Assembly: GCA_965228735.1 (NCBI GenBank)
Contig: OZ245838.1
Location: 2,496,001 to 2,560,000, forward strand
Source of the DNA: Planctomycetota bacterium
GTDB lineage: Bacteria > Planctomycetota > UBA1135 > UBA2386
DNA length: 64,000 nt
Direction: 5' to 3'
Shown here: piece by piece, positions 19,998 to 29,715 of the stretch
Layout of the letters: every line of letters starts with the position of its first letter
Position numbering within the stretch: position 1 is the stretch's first letter
Program-made: the position numbers and the translations under genes
The notes under the pieces: generated by a model
Database searches by the model: none
Told to the model about the DNA's origin: nothing
What the model saw: only the letters and a program-made list of their open reading frames with translations

Positions 19998-21647
19998 ATG
20001 CAGACCCAATTCGCGGCCATCGTGGCCCTCACTGCCTGCAGCAGCGTCATCGCGCAGTGCACCCAGCAGGTGACCACGCCCCCCAACTTCGCGTCGAACA
20101 ACGCCGGCGCGGTCGGGGGGATGGTGTTCTTCACGCTCGACGTGACAGCGGCGAACGGGATCCGCATCTGCAGCATCGACGTGCACACGAACGCCACCGG
20201 TCCGATCGGCGGCACGGTCCAGGTCCACCGGTCGCTCACCGACTGGCAACAGCTCACGGGTACGACCAACACGCCCACGAGCTGGTGCACGGTCGGGTGC
20301 CTGACCGGCACCGGGAACGGCGACGGCACGCCGTCGTCGCTGGCCGTCGTCAGCGGCAGCGGCACGATCGATCTGCCGAACGGCCAGTACCTGGTCGCGA
20401 TCGGCAACGGCAGCTTCGGCCACGCCTACACGAACGGGACTCCGGCGAACGGCTACGTCAACGACGGCAACGTGGCGTTCGACGCCGGTCGGGCCGCGAA
20501 CGCCCCGTACACGGGATCGTTGCTGGGGCCGCGGATCTTCAACGGCACGTTCCACTACGACGTGCCGGCGGCGCCGATTACGACTTCACCGTGCGGCCAG
20601 ACCTGTGTGCCGGCAGCCGTCTCGGCGCGCGGCACCGGCTGCGGCGGCGCCCCGGTGACGGTCGCCGAGCAGTTCGAGTTCGCCAACGCCTGGGACCTCA
20701 CGGACCCGAGCACCGGCGCCACGACCGACCTCCGGTTCACCGGTTCCGGCGGCCGCGTCACGGTCGCACCCGTCCCTGGCAGCCCGATCGTCCCGCCCGT
20801 GAGCGCGGACCTCGGTCTCGGCGACGACGCGAGTTCGCCGCTGATCCCGCTCGGCTTCGACCTCGGCGCGTTCGGGCTGTGTGCCGACGCGATCTCCGTG
20901 CAGAGCAACGGCTGCATCTGGCTCGGCCACGTCGGCAGCGGCGACTTCTCGCACTCGCTCACCGAGCTCGAGAGCGAGGGCGCGCGCGTCTGCGCGTTCT
21001 GGACCGACCTGCGGCCGCTGGCCGGCGGCGGCGGCGGCACGGTCCACGTGGATCAGACACCGACCGAGACGCTCGTGACCTACGACCAGGTCTTCCTCTG
21101 GGGCACGTTCGTGCCGCTGACGTTCCAGGTCTCGATCACGGCGAGCGCGATCACCTGTCGCTACGACGGCACATCCGTGTTCCCGAGCTTCGGGATCGTC
21201 GGGTTGCACAACGGCACGCCGAACACCGGCACGGGGTCGACCGACCTGTCGGGTGGCGCCGGCCCGATCGGCCCCGGCAACCCCCATCTGACGCTCAGCC
21301 GCCGGACCAACCCGCTGGTCGGCGGCACGTTCGACCTCGAGCTCCGGGGCATTCCCACCGGCGGCATCGGCGCCGTGCTCGCGATCATCGGCAACACCCT
21401 CGCCCCGGCGATCCAACCGTCACCGCCGTTCGCCCCCGGCTGTGCCACCTATCTGCCGTTCAACGCGGTGAGCCTCGGCATCACGTTCAATGCGAACCTG
21501 TGCACCACCTACCCGTACTCGCTGCAGATCCCGGCGGACCCGATGTGGCTCGGCCTGCCGTACGCGCTGCAGGGCGCGGCCCTCGACGTGAGCGCCAACC
21601 GCTTCGTCGTCAGCAACGCCCTCGACGCGGTGATCGGCAACTTCTGA
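19998..21647 (+). CDS. Secreted protein with nidogen(NIDO)-like middle domain and shared C-terminal domain
   Basis: Signal peptide; GDD...IPLGFD...SNGCIWLG...CAFWTDL; tail PGC...IPADP...LQGAALD...SNALDAVIGNF. Confidence 0.85.
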   Translation: MQTQFAAIVALTACSSVIAQCTQQVTTPPNFASNNAGAVGGMVFFTLDVTAANGIRICSIDVHTNATGPIGGTVQVHRSLTDWQQLTGTTNTPTSWCTVGCLTGTGNGDGTPSSLAVVSGSGTIDLPNGQYLVAIGNGSFGHAYTNGTPANGYVNDGNVAFDAGRAANAPYTGSLLGPRIFNGTFHYDVPAAPITTSPCGQTCVPAAVSARGTGCGGAPVTVAEQFEFANAWDLTDPSTGATTDLRFTGSGGRVTVAPVPGSPIVPPVSADLGLGDDASSPLIPLGFDLGAFGLCADAISVQSNGCIWLGHVGSGDFSHSLTELESEGARVCAFWTDLRPLAGGGGGTVHVDQTPTETLVTYDQVFLWGTFVPLTFQVSITASAITCRYDGTSVFPSFGIVGLHNGTPNTGTGSTDLSGGAGPIGPGNPHLTLSRRTNPLVGGTFDLELRGIPTGGIGAVLAIIGNTLAPAIQPSPPFAPGCATYLPFNAVSLGITFNANLCTTYPYSLQIPADPMWLGLPYALQGAALDVSANRFVVSNALDAVIGNF

Positions 21648-21802
21648 CGCCATCGACCGGACCGCGGCGCCCGGCCGCATCGGCCTGCAGCGGCCTCATC
21701 CTCTGGCGTTCGCCGTTCGGGTGAACGCTCCGCGACACCGCCGGAATCCTCGAGTCGGGCGAGCATCGCCACGGCTCACGGCACTGGTCCTGATGCACCA
21801 GC

Positions 21803-23044
21803 ATGACCAGACCGATCACTCCCCACGCGCCGGGCCTCCCGTGGCGGGCGCGCTTCACCCGGGCCGGCACGATATCGGTCCTCATCGGCATCGCTGCGTC
21901 GTGCTCCGGCGGCAGCGGGGCCGGAACGATCGACGAGCACTGCGGCAACGACCTCGGCAACGGCAACGAGATCATCGCGGGCCCCGCCGCGCCCACCGAT
22001 CCGTTCGGCGATCAGGTGTTCCGCTCGCTGACGATCGACCCGACGGATGCGAACACGGTCTACCTCGGCACCGAGGAGAACGGCATCGTCAAGTCCACCG
22101 ACGGTGGCACGACGTGGCAGCGGTTGCGACAAGGACTGCGCCACAGCGGCGTGTCGTATCCCGAAATCTACGATCTCTGCGTGTCGCCGCTCGACACCAG
22201 CATCGTCATCGTGGCCACGACGGACTCACCGGGGCCGATCACGGGCTCGCATCCGAGTGCCATTGCCGGCATCTACCGCAGCGTCGACGGCGGGCTGTCG
22301 TTCGCGCGCGGCAACTGCGGGTTGTCCAACTCGTCGATCGCCGCGGTGCGATTCGACCCCGTCGACCCGGGCCAGGTGACGGCGTTCGTGAGCGCGGGCA
22401 CGGCGACGTTCAGCGGGCTGGCTGGCCAGTTCTTCGCCGGCGGACCGTTCTGGAGCGCAGATCTCGGAAGTACGTGGACGGCGGCGTCGGCCCCGGCCGG
22501 CGCCGAAACCAACCGCTATCCCGTCGTGGTCGCGAGCACGGCAGCGATGTTCACGTTCGGACTGGCCTGGGACTCTGCCGCGACCAACCTCGGGTTCCTG
22601 CGGAGCACCGACGCCGGCCGTTCGTGGCAGGCCTTCGCGCCATCGCAGCGAGCGCGGCACATCACCGAGTTCGACGTCTCGAGCGATGGGATGACGATCG
22701 TCGCGAACGAGCTCGACGCGTTCGAGATGCTGCGTTCGCGCGACGGCGGTTCGACCTGGGACACGCTGTCGATCGGCGGCAACGGCCCGATCGCGATCTC
22801 GCCGGCTGATGCCGATGTGGTGCTCTACGACGACAACGGGACGCTGCGACGGTCGACCGACGGCCTCGGATCCGTGGTCGTCGTGCTCGCATCGACGCGA
22901 CGCTTCGACGACCTCGAGTTCGCGCCGTCCGATCCCGACATCATCTACGCCGCCACGGAGGGCTACGATCTGTGGCGCAGCGCGGACGCTGGCGCCACCT
23001 GGACGTTGACCGCGAACCTGCGCAGCGACGGGGTCCTCGATTGA
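21803..23044 (+). CDS. BNR/Asp-box repeat beta-propeller, probable lipoprotein
   Basis: Repeated S-x-D-G-G-x-T/S-W Asp-boxes; IAASC lipobox-like motif. Confidence 0.85.
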   Translation: MTRPITPHAPGLPWRARFTRAGTISVLIGIAASCSGGSGAGTIDEHCGNDLGNGNEIIAGPAAPTDPFGDQVFRSLTIDPTDANTVYLGTEENGIVKSTDGGTTWQRLRQGLRHSGVSYPEIYDLCVSPLDTSIVIVATTDSPGPITGSHPSAIAGIYRSVDGGLSFARGNCGLSNSSIAAVRFDPVDPGQVTAFVSAGTATFSGLAGQFFAGGPFWSADLGSTWTAASAPAGAETNRYPVVVASTAAMFTFGLAWDSAATNLGFLRSTDAGRSWQAFAPSQRARHITEFDVSSDGMTIVANELDAFEMLRSRDGGSTWDTLSIGGNGPIAISPADADVVLYDDNGTLRRSTDGLGSVVVVLASTRRFDDLEFAPSDPDIIYAATEGYDLWRSADAGATWTLTANLRSDGVLD

Positions 23045-23106
23045 CCGCGCCCACGAACCACTTCGGTTCGTTGCCCGCCGCCGACCGGCCAGCGCCGAGC
23101 CGACGG

Positions 23107-23187
23107 AGCAGTGAGTCGCCAAGGCATTGAAGTGCCGGGCCCAGTTGATTGCGGACCCAGTGAATTGCCGACCCAGTGAAATGGCGG
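23107..23187. repeat. About five degenerate 16-bp intergenic repeats (consensus near CCCAGTGAATTGCCGA)
   Basis: Clear units at 23140, 23156, 23172; weaker ones at 23107 and 23123. Confidence 0.65.
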
Positions 23188-23423
23188 CGCGACGCAAACG
23201 GTTTCGGGGTGGACGGCGATCCCGCCGATCGCGAGCGGAAGGACCGATGCGACGGACGTTCGCAGCCAATGCACCCACCCCATCACGCCGGCTTCCGACG
23301 AGCAGCCTTGGCGAGATCCGTGCCCCATGGTATCGATCGTTGCGATAGACTGCTGCGGCATGCCCGAGCGTCACCCGCCGGACCGGCTCGGCTGAACTCT
23401 CTCCAACCTCCTTGCCTCACACC

Positions 23424-24392
23424 ATGACTCGCAACCTCGCTCTCTTCTGCAGCGCGCTCCTCGCGTTGCCGCTGTCCGCGCAAACCATCGCGGAGTACTC
23501 GTTCGACAACCCGGATCTCACGAGCTCGCAACCGGCGTTCGCCACGGTCTCGGATCTGACCGTGTCCAACACGTTCGTGTTCGGCGGCTCCAACCCGGAC
23601 CGCTGGCTCTGCCTCACGACGGCGTGGAACAACGGCGGCGGCACGCTGTCGTTCACCGTCACCCCCAACCCCGGCATCGTGCTCGACTACACCGAGCTGT
23701 CCTGGGACGCGGTGACGAACAACGCGAGCGTCAGTGATTCGGTGCGCGCGGCCGAAGTGCGCGCCAATGGCGTGATCCTCGGGGTCATCGATCCGTTGAC
23801 GCACCTCACGACCGAGAGTGTCGATCTGACGAACGAGCCGACCCTGCAGGGCTCAACCGTTCCGGTGACGTTCGAGATCGACTTCGTCGGCAACCCGAAC
23901 GGTCAGAGCTCCTACGAGATCGGCGCGCTCCGCCTGCTCGGCGGCCTGTGCACGACCTCGTGCTGCCCGCTCGCGGCGATCGTCGAGAACCTCGGCAGCG
24001 GCTGTGCCCCGAGCGGCATCACCGTGCCGGCGCTCACCGGCGTGACGCTGCCCATGATCGGCAACGACCTCGACGTCCAGATCGACAGCCCGAGCACGCC
24101 GTCGGGCCTCTCGCTGCTGGCCTTCGGGTTCAGCTCGACGTTCAACAGCGTGTTCAACATGCCGTTGCCGCTGCCGCTCGGCCAGTTCGGGTTCCCGGGC
24201 TGCACGCTCTACACGAGCAGCGAGTTCCTGACGTCGGTCATGCTCGACGGCAACGGCTCCGGCCAGTTCACGCTCACCTTCCCGCCGTCGGCCAAGTGGT
24301 GCGGCGCGGAGATCACGTTCCAGGCGTTCGGCCTCACGAGCAGCAACGAGGTCGTGACGAGCCAGGGCCTGCGGAACGTCGTCGGCAGCTGA
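23424..24392 (+). CDS. Secreted protein with shared C-terminal domain
   Basis: Signal MTRNLALFCSALLALPLSAQ; tail LGSGC...PLPLPLGQFGFPGC...FQAFGL...SQGLRNVVGS. Confidence 0.85.
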   Translation: MTRNLALFCSALLALPLSAQTIAEYSFDNPDLTSSQPAFATVSDLTVSNTFVFGGSNPDRWLCLTTAWNNGGGTLSFTVTPNPGIVLDYTELSWDAVTNNASVSDSVRAAEVRANGVILGVIDPLTHLTTESVDLTNEPTLQGSTVPVTFEIDFVGNPNGQSSYEIGALRLLGGLCTTSCCPLAAIVENLGSGCAPSGITVPALTGVTLPMIGNDLDVQIDSPSTPSGLSLLAFGFSSTFNSVFNMPLPLPLGQFGFPGCTLYTSSEFLTSVMLDGNGSGQFTLTFPPSAKWCGAEITFQAFGLTSSNEVVTSQGLRNVVGS

Positions 24393-24461
24393 GCGGTCGA
24401 CCGGCGCTTCGGCGGGCGGCCCCCGCCGGCGCCGCGCGGACGGCCAGGGGCGTTGCGTTGC

Positions 24462-26906
24462 TCACCGCGCGCGTTGCCACCGGATCGCCCGCCGCTCGGT
24501 TGCGGGATCGAGGCTGTCGACCACGAGTTCGGCCGTGTAGCGCGCGCCGCTCGCGCCGACTGCCGTGAAGCGAAAACGCCCGACGTCGAGCCACGGCATC
24601 CAGTCGTCGTGCTCCTGGCCAGGTTCGAGTTCGAAGTCGAGAACTTCCGAGCCATCGGCCGCGAGCATCCGCCCGACCAACGGCGCATCGTCCGCGACGG
24701 CGAAGACGCGGATCGGCACCCGCACCGCCGGCCGCAACACGAACGATCGCCGCGCCGTCTCGCCAGCGGCTACGACCATCGTCGTCGCGGGCCAACGGAA
24801 CCCGGTGCCGTAGACGGTGACGCCCCATGTTCCCGGCAGCACGGGCATCTCGCCGCGACCGGCCGCGTCCAGACGCAGCCCCATCGTCTGACCGGTCCCG
24901 CTGATCTCCGCGAGCACCTCGCCCGCCGGGACACCGGGCAGCCGCTCGACCTCGATCGCGATCGCACCGGCGACCGGCCACGCAACGTCGCCGAGATCGC
25001 GGGTCGAACCGGCGAGGAGCCCGGGCACCGCGCGCTCGAAGCGCAATCGGTCCGGCCGGGTGAACTCGATGCGGTAGTCGCCGGACAGCAGCGGCCCGAG
25101 CCGCAGGTCGCCGATTGCGTCGTCGCGCTCCGCGATCGGCAGCGTCGAACCGCCGTGCAGCTCGCGGTTCTCACCCGAGACCGCGATCGACACGTCGCGC
25201 AGCGCCGGGCGACCGTCCCCGTCCACGAGCCGCAGGGCCACGAACGCCGACGCCCGCCGCTCGTCGGGCATCACGATCGTCAGCTCGCGGGCGGCCGCGC
25301 GCACCGCCGACAGTTCCGGCAACCGGATCGGCTGGTGGCGGTCGGGTTCGAAGAGCGTCAGCGCGTACGGACGCCCGGGCTGGAGGCCGAGCGCGAAGCG
25401 CCCTTCGGCGTCCGTCTCACCGCGCTGCCGATCGACCCGATACCCTGGCAGATCGTGGATTGCTTCGAGCCGCACGCCCGCCAACGGCTGCTGGCGTTCG
25501 TCCACGACGATGCCGCGCTGCATCGCGAGCGCCGGCAGCTCGATGGCGAGCTCCGCCACCGTGCCGGCGCGAACATCGACGCCGCCGGCGGCCGCGCCGT
25601 GGCCATCGCGGCGCGCGCTCCATTCCGCGCGGCCCGCGGGCAGCCCGGGGAACGCGAAGCGACCGTCGGCCGCGGTCACGGCCTGCAGCCGCTCGCGCAG
25701 CATCCGCAGTCGCACGGTGGCCTCGGCGATCGGCGACCCGCTGTCGTCCCGCACCAGGCCGCGAACCTCGCCCGCGACCCCGAGCTGCACTTCGACGACC
25801 TGCCGGGTTTCTTCGCCGACCGAGAACTCGACCTGCCGGGCGCCGAATCCTGCCGCCCGCACATGGGCCGTGTAACGACCGGCCGCCAGGCGCGCGAAGC
25901 GGGCGCGGCCCGCTCCCGTCTTGCGCCACGTCGTGAACGGCGTCGCGCGCGTCGGGCCGATGCGCCGCGAGCCCGGCGGCTCGAGCGGCCGCACGAGGAT
26001 GTCGGCCCCAGCGATGCCCTGCCGCTCCTGATCGATGACCGCAACGACCACGGTGGTGCCGAGACGGTCGACGGTCAGCTCGACGATCGGCGCCGCGGCC
26101 GCCGCGGCTTCTCCCGACCCGGTCTCTCGCGGCCCGTCCTCTCGCGGCCCCTCGTCTCGCGGCTTCGGGATCATCCGCGCGAGCGAGTTGCCGTACGCCA
26201 CCGAGGCCGCCATCACCCACGACCGATGCGCATGGACCGACGGCAGCCCGGTCAACCGCAGCTCGCCGGTCGCGTCCGTCACCCCGACGAGCGTGCCGGG
26301 CTCGTGATGCGGGACGTCGAGCATGCGTCCCGCGGGCCATAGGTACACGGGCACGGCAGGCACGGGCACTCCCGCGTCATCGACGACGCGAACGCGAGCG
26401 CGATCACCCACCGGAATCGCGATCGTGAGTTCCGTCGCTGCACCCGGCCGAACGATCGCCCGGCGCTCCACCCCGGCAACGAGCACGGCCCAGGCGCCAA
26501 CCAAGAGCTCGGGGAACCGGGCGTGCCCTTCGCCGTTCGTCGCGGCCCGCTGCCGACTCGACACCAACGGCTCACCGGCGCGCGCGTGGATCACGACCGG
26601 AACGCCGGGCGCCGGCGCGGCCGCCACCGTCACGGTGACCGCGAGCTCGCCGCGAGGCACCTCGCCGGGCGGCGCCATGGCCGCGGACTCGACGTTCTGC
26701 CGCTGCGGCTCGGACCGCGGCGCCGACGCGACCTCGCCGGCGTCCGGCCCAGTAGGCGACCCGGCGGGCGGCGCCGCGATCGCGGGGCCAGTCTCGGACG
26801 CAGCACCCGTGGGGCGGACGTCGAGAGCCGGGTCGCCCCACGTCCACGCGATCAGCGCCACGATCGCGAGGCCGAGCAGGGCGAGGACGACGAGACCGAG
26901 GCGCAC
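24462..26906 (-). CDS. Membrane-anchored carboxypeptidase-regulatory-like domain repeat protein
   Basis: N-terminal TM helix; repeated GxVxDxxGxP...TDAxGRF units. Confidence 0.8.
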   Translation of the reverse strand: MRLGLVVLALLGLAIVALIAWTWGDPALDVRPTGAASETGPAIAAPPAGSPTGPDAGEVASAPRSEPQRQNVESAAMAPPGEVPRGELAVTVTVAAAPAPGVPVVIHARAGEPLVSSRQRAATNGEGHARFPELLVGAWAVLVAGVERRAIVRPGAATELTIAIPVGDRARVRVVDDAGVPVPAVPVYLWPAGRMLDVPHHEPGTLVGVTDATGELRLTGLPSVHAHRSWVMAASVAYGNSLARMIPKPRDEGPREDGPRETGSGEAAAAAAPIVELTVDRLGTTVVVAVIDQERQGIAGADILVRPLEPPGSRRIGPTRATPFTTWRKTGAGRARFARLAAGRYTAHVRAAGFGARQVEFSVGEETRQVVEVQLGVAGEVRGLVRDDSGSPIAEATVRLRMLRERLQAVTAADGRFAFPGLPAGRAEWSARRDGHGAAAGGVDVRAGTVAELAIELPALAMQRGIVVDERQQPLAGVRLEAIHDLPGYRVDRQRGETDAEGRFALGLQPGRPYALTLFEPDRHQPIRLPELSAVRAAARELTIVMPDERRASAFVALRLVDGDGRPALRDVSIAVSGENRELHGGSTLPIAERDDAIGDLRLGPLLSGDYRIEFTRPDRLRFERAVPGLLAGSTRDLGDVAWPVAGAIAIEVERLPGVPAGEVLAEISGTGQTMGLRLDAAGRGEMPVLPGTWGVTVYGTGFRWPATTMVVAAGETARRSFVLRPAVRVPIRVFAVADDAPLVGRMLAADGSEVLDFELEPGQEHDDWMPWLDVGRFRFTAVGASGARYTAELVVDSLDPATERRAIRWQRAR

Positions 26907-26960
26907 ACCGGCAATGAACCGCTCGGCGCCCCCGGCGTCAGTTGCGAACCGCCGAATCGC

Positions 26961-28376
26961 CTACCAGACGCCGATCGTGCCGCGGAGCGCGTTCGACATC
27001 GATGCCGAGAGCTGCGTCGGGGCACCGGCATCCAGCACGACCGCCTGCAGCGAGAAGCCGATGCCGGCGGCCCACGTGCAGTTGCACACCGAACCGTCCC
27101 AGCGCCCGGCGCCGTTCTGCACGAACAGGAAGACGCTGAGGTCGGCACTGAGCCACGCATTGCAGCCCGCGAGACCGAACGAGGTGAGATCGACCGGCAC
27201 CGGCTGGCCGTTCCAGTTCGTGTCCGACAATCCGAGCACGAGGAACCCGGCCGTCGTCTGCGGCACGTTGGTCACCTCGACGGTGTAATCGTCGCCGGAC
27301 CAGGGCAGCGAGAGCGCGCTCAGAACGGGCACGCCGTTGCCCCCGGGGCACCCCGCGCCGTAGGCCTGCATGTCCGCGGGCGACAGGCTCTCGACCGTGT
27401 AGGTGTCGCTGAACGTGCCGGTCGATGCGAAGCCGCCGTGCATCACGATCTGTTCGTTCGCCGCGTCGTACTCGCCGAGCGTGTACGCGCGCGACGGCGG
27501 CGTCCCCGGCACGGTCTTGCTCTGCCATCCGTTCGGCTCGAGGACCCAGCAATCGTTGAGCGTGACCGGCACGTTGCCCGGCTGCGTGAACGCGGTCAGG
27601 CCGGCGAACATGAACACGCGCTGGCGCTGCTCGTCGAACACCATGGTCTGATCGCACCGCCGCTGCGGCGTCGAAGCACCGGTGATCGCCGACCAGTTCG
27701 CGCCGTCCCACTGCCACGTGTCGTTCACGGTGCCGGCCAGCGGCGTGCGAAAGCCGCCGAACATCACGATCGCCTGGCGCGTCCCATCCCACACCATGCG
27801 GTGCGCACCGCGGGCGGCCGGCACGGTCGCCGGAGTGCGCTGCGCCCACGCCGAGCCGTTCCACTCCCACGTGTCGTTGGTGTCCTGCCCGGTCGGCACG
27901 AAGCCGCCGAACATGACGACGACCTGCCGCACCGGATCGAACGTTGCCCACGCGCCGCTGCGGGGCGGCGGCGTGACGGGCGACGTCCGCGCCGAGAACC
28001 CGGAGCCGTCGTAGACCCAGGTGTCGCTCAGGAACACCGAGCTCGGCGTCCGGCCACCGAACGCGACGCTGTGGCCGCGCACCGGGTCGTACGCGAATGC
28101 GGGCCGCCGCCGCGGGCCGGGCCGCGGCAGGAACGATCGGTTGGCCCAGTTGACACCGTCCCACTCCCACACGTCGTCCTGCAGGAAGCCGGAACGTTCG
28201 CCGGCGAACAGGACGGTGACGTCTCTCGAGGCGTCATAGGTCGAGGCGTAGTCGCGCGTCGCCGGGCCGATCGTAGCCGGCGACTCCAACGACGCCTGGA
28301 GTTGAGCGGTGCCGGCCTCCGTGAGGACGATCGTCGCGGAAACCGCGAGCACGAACCGGGTCGAGTTGCTGAGCAT
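26961..28376 (-). CDS. Secreted Kelch-repeat protein with shared C-terminal domain
   Basis: YDxxR..VMFGG...DTWEWNG repeats; tail YGAGC...AGC...LQAVVLD...SNALRGTIGVW. Confidence 0.88.
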   Translation of the reverse strand: MLSNSTRFVLAVSATIVLTEAGTAQLQASLESPATIGPATRDYASTYDASRDVTVLFAGERSGFLQDDVWEWDGVNWANRSFLPRPGPRRRPAFAYDPVRGHSVAFGGRTPSSVFLSDTWVYDGSGFSARTSPVTPPPRSGAWATFDPVRQVVVMFGGFVPTGQDTNDTWEWNGSAWAQRTPATVPAARGAHRMVWDGTRQAIVMFGGFRTPLAGTVNDTWQWDGANWSAITGASTPQRRCDQTMVFDEQRQRVFMFAGLTAFTQPGNVPVTLNDCWVLEPNGWQSKTVPGTPPSRAYTLGEYDAANEQIVMHGGFASTGTFSDTYTVESLSPADMQAYGAGCPGGNGVPVLSALSLPWSGDDYTVEVTNVPQTTAGFLVLGLSDTNWNGQPVPVDLTSFGLAGCNAWLSADLSVFLFVQNGAGRWDGSVCNCTWAAGIGFSLQAVVLDAGAPTQLSASMSNALRGTIGVW

Positions 28377-28463
28377 AGGAGCGGGTCTTGCGCGGAGCGA
28401 AGCGACGAACGATCGGGCCCCGCCGACGCCGGTCACCGGCGTCGGCGATGGCAGCGCTGGCAG

Positions 28464-29552
28464 CTACTTGGCCGCCGACGCGGCCGCGACCTTCGTCTTC
28501 GGCAACGGGATCAGCACGAGGTTGCGCACCTTCTTCTCCTTGCTGACGAGCCGTTCGTGATCCTTCTCGAGATCGTCGAGCTGCTTCTGCAGGCGCTTGC
28601 TGCGGGCGCTCTTCGGCCCGCTGTCCGCCCGCGCCGCGCGGAGCTGTTCGCGCACGCGCTTCTTCGTCGCGTCGATGTTGTCGAACTGATCGAGCAGCTT
28701 GAGCCACTTCTTGATCGCGCGTTCCGGCGCGAACTGGTAGCGCTCCTCGATGACGTCCATCATCCCCTGCTTGAGCGTTTCCTGCGACTGCGTGCCGGAG
28801 AACGCTACGGGCTCGGCGCCGGGCTTGCTCAGCAGGTAGAAGTGCGGCATCGCGCCCTTGAACTTCTGCCCCGCGAACACGTTGTAGAACGGGTGCGTCG
28901 GCATCATCACGTGCGGCGGCAGCTTGACGATGCGGAACCAGCTCGTGAGCAGCTTGGTGCGGTCGTTGTTCATCGACCGACGCAGCAGCGGCGTGTCGGT
29001 GCCCTGGCAGAGACGGCACTCGCGCAGGATGAGCAGCGGTCGTTCGTCGTCCTCACCCCACAGGACTGCGAGGGCCTCGTCGAGCGGCATCGCGCCGGCC
29101 GCGGCCGTGCCCGACGTGTGCGCCGGCGGCACCGGGTGCTCCCAGTCGAGCCGCAGCCGGTCCTTCGAGGTCTTGCCGCGCTCGAACGTCATCACGGCAC
29201 CGCGCGGGCCCGTGCGGCCAGCGCCGGACGGCCGCGAGACCGGGCCGCTCGGACCGCGGGTCGTCGGACCGGACGGACGGTTCGTCGGCCCGACCGGGCC
29301 ACCGGTCGTCGGGCCGCCCGGGCCACCCGGCGAACCGGTGTTGGGCGTGGTCGGAGTCGACGGGCCGGGCGTCGTCGGGCCGCCAGGACCCGGGTCACCG
29401 GACGAACCCGTGTTCATGCCGCCGCTGGTCTGCCCGCCGCCGCCGATCGGTCGGCTGGTCGGCCCCGAGCCACCCGAACACTGCGCGGACAGTGTGAGGC
29501 CGGTGAACAGCAACGCACCGAGGACTGGGATCGCTAGAGCTGGCTTGGACAT
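28464..29552 (-). CDS. Secreted protein with Pro/Gly/Thr-rich linker and CxxC thioredoxin-like domain
   Basis: Signal peptide; low-complexity PGGPTT region; RPLLILRECRLC; C-terminal coiled coil. Confidence 0.75.
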   Translation of the reverse strand: MSKPALAIPVLGALLFTGLTLSAQCSGGSGPTSRPIGGGGQTSGGMNTGSSGDPGPGGPTTPGPSTPTTPNTGSPGGPGGPTTGGPVGPTNRPSGPTTRGPSGPVSRPSGAGRTGPRGAVMTFERGKTSKDRLRLDWEHPVPPAHTSGTAAAGAMPLDEALAVLWGEDDERPLLILRECRLCQGTDTPLLRRSMNNDRTKLLTSWFRIVKLPPHVMMPTHPFYNVFAGQKFKGAMPHFYLLSKPGAEPVAFSGTQSQETLKQGMMDVIEERYQFAPERAIKKWLKLLDQFDNIDATKKRVREQLRAARADSGPKSARSKRLQKQLDDLEKDHERLVSKEKKVRNLVLIPLPKTKVAAASAAK

Positions 29553-29715
29553 GACTTCGTCTCCTTGGAGCAGGATCTCGCTGAAGTGCGGCGCGGGCCC
29601 GAGCCCGCGCAGCGATTCGGATCGAACGCTGCGCGCGCCGCGAGATCGAGGGCGCCCGCGCCATGATGGGACGCTGCCGGCCGGCGGCAGCTGAGATCGG
29701 AGGACGGCCGCGAGC

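Noticed and set aside
26118..26163. Three 15-bp repeats in the 24462-26906 gene
   Set aside because: Short in-frame linker expansion (RDEGP/REDGP/RETGS) with no sign of function
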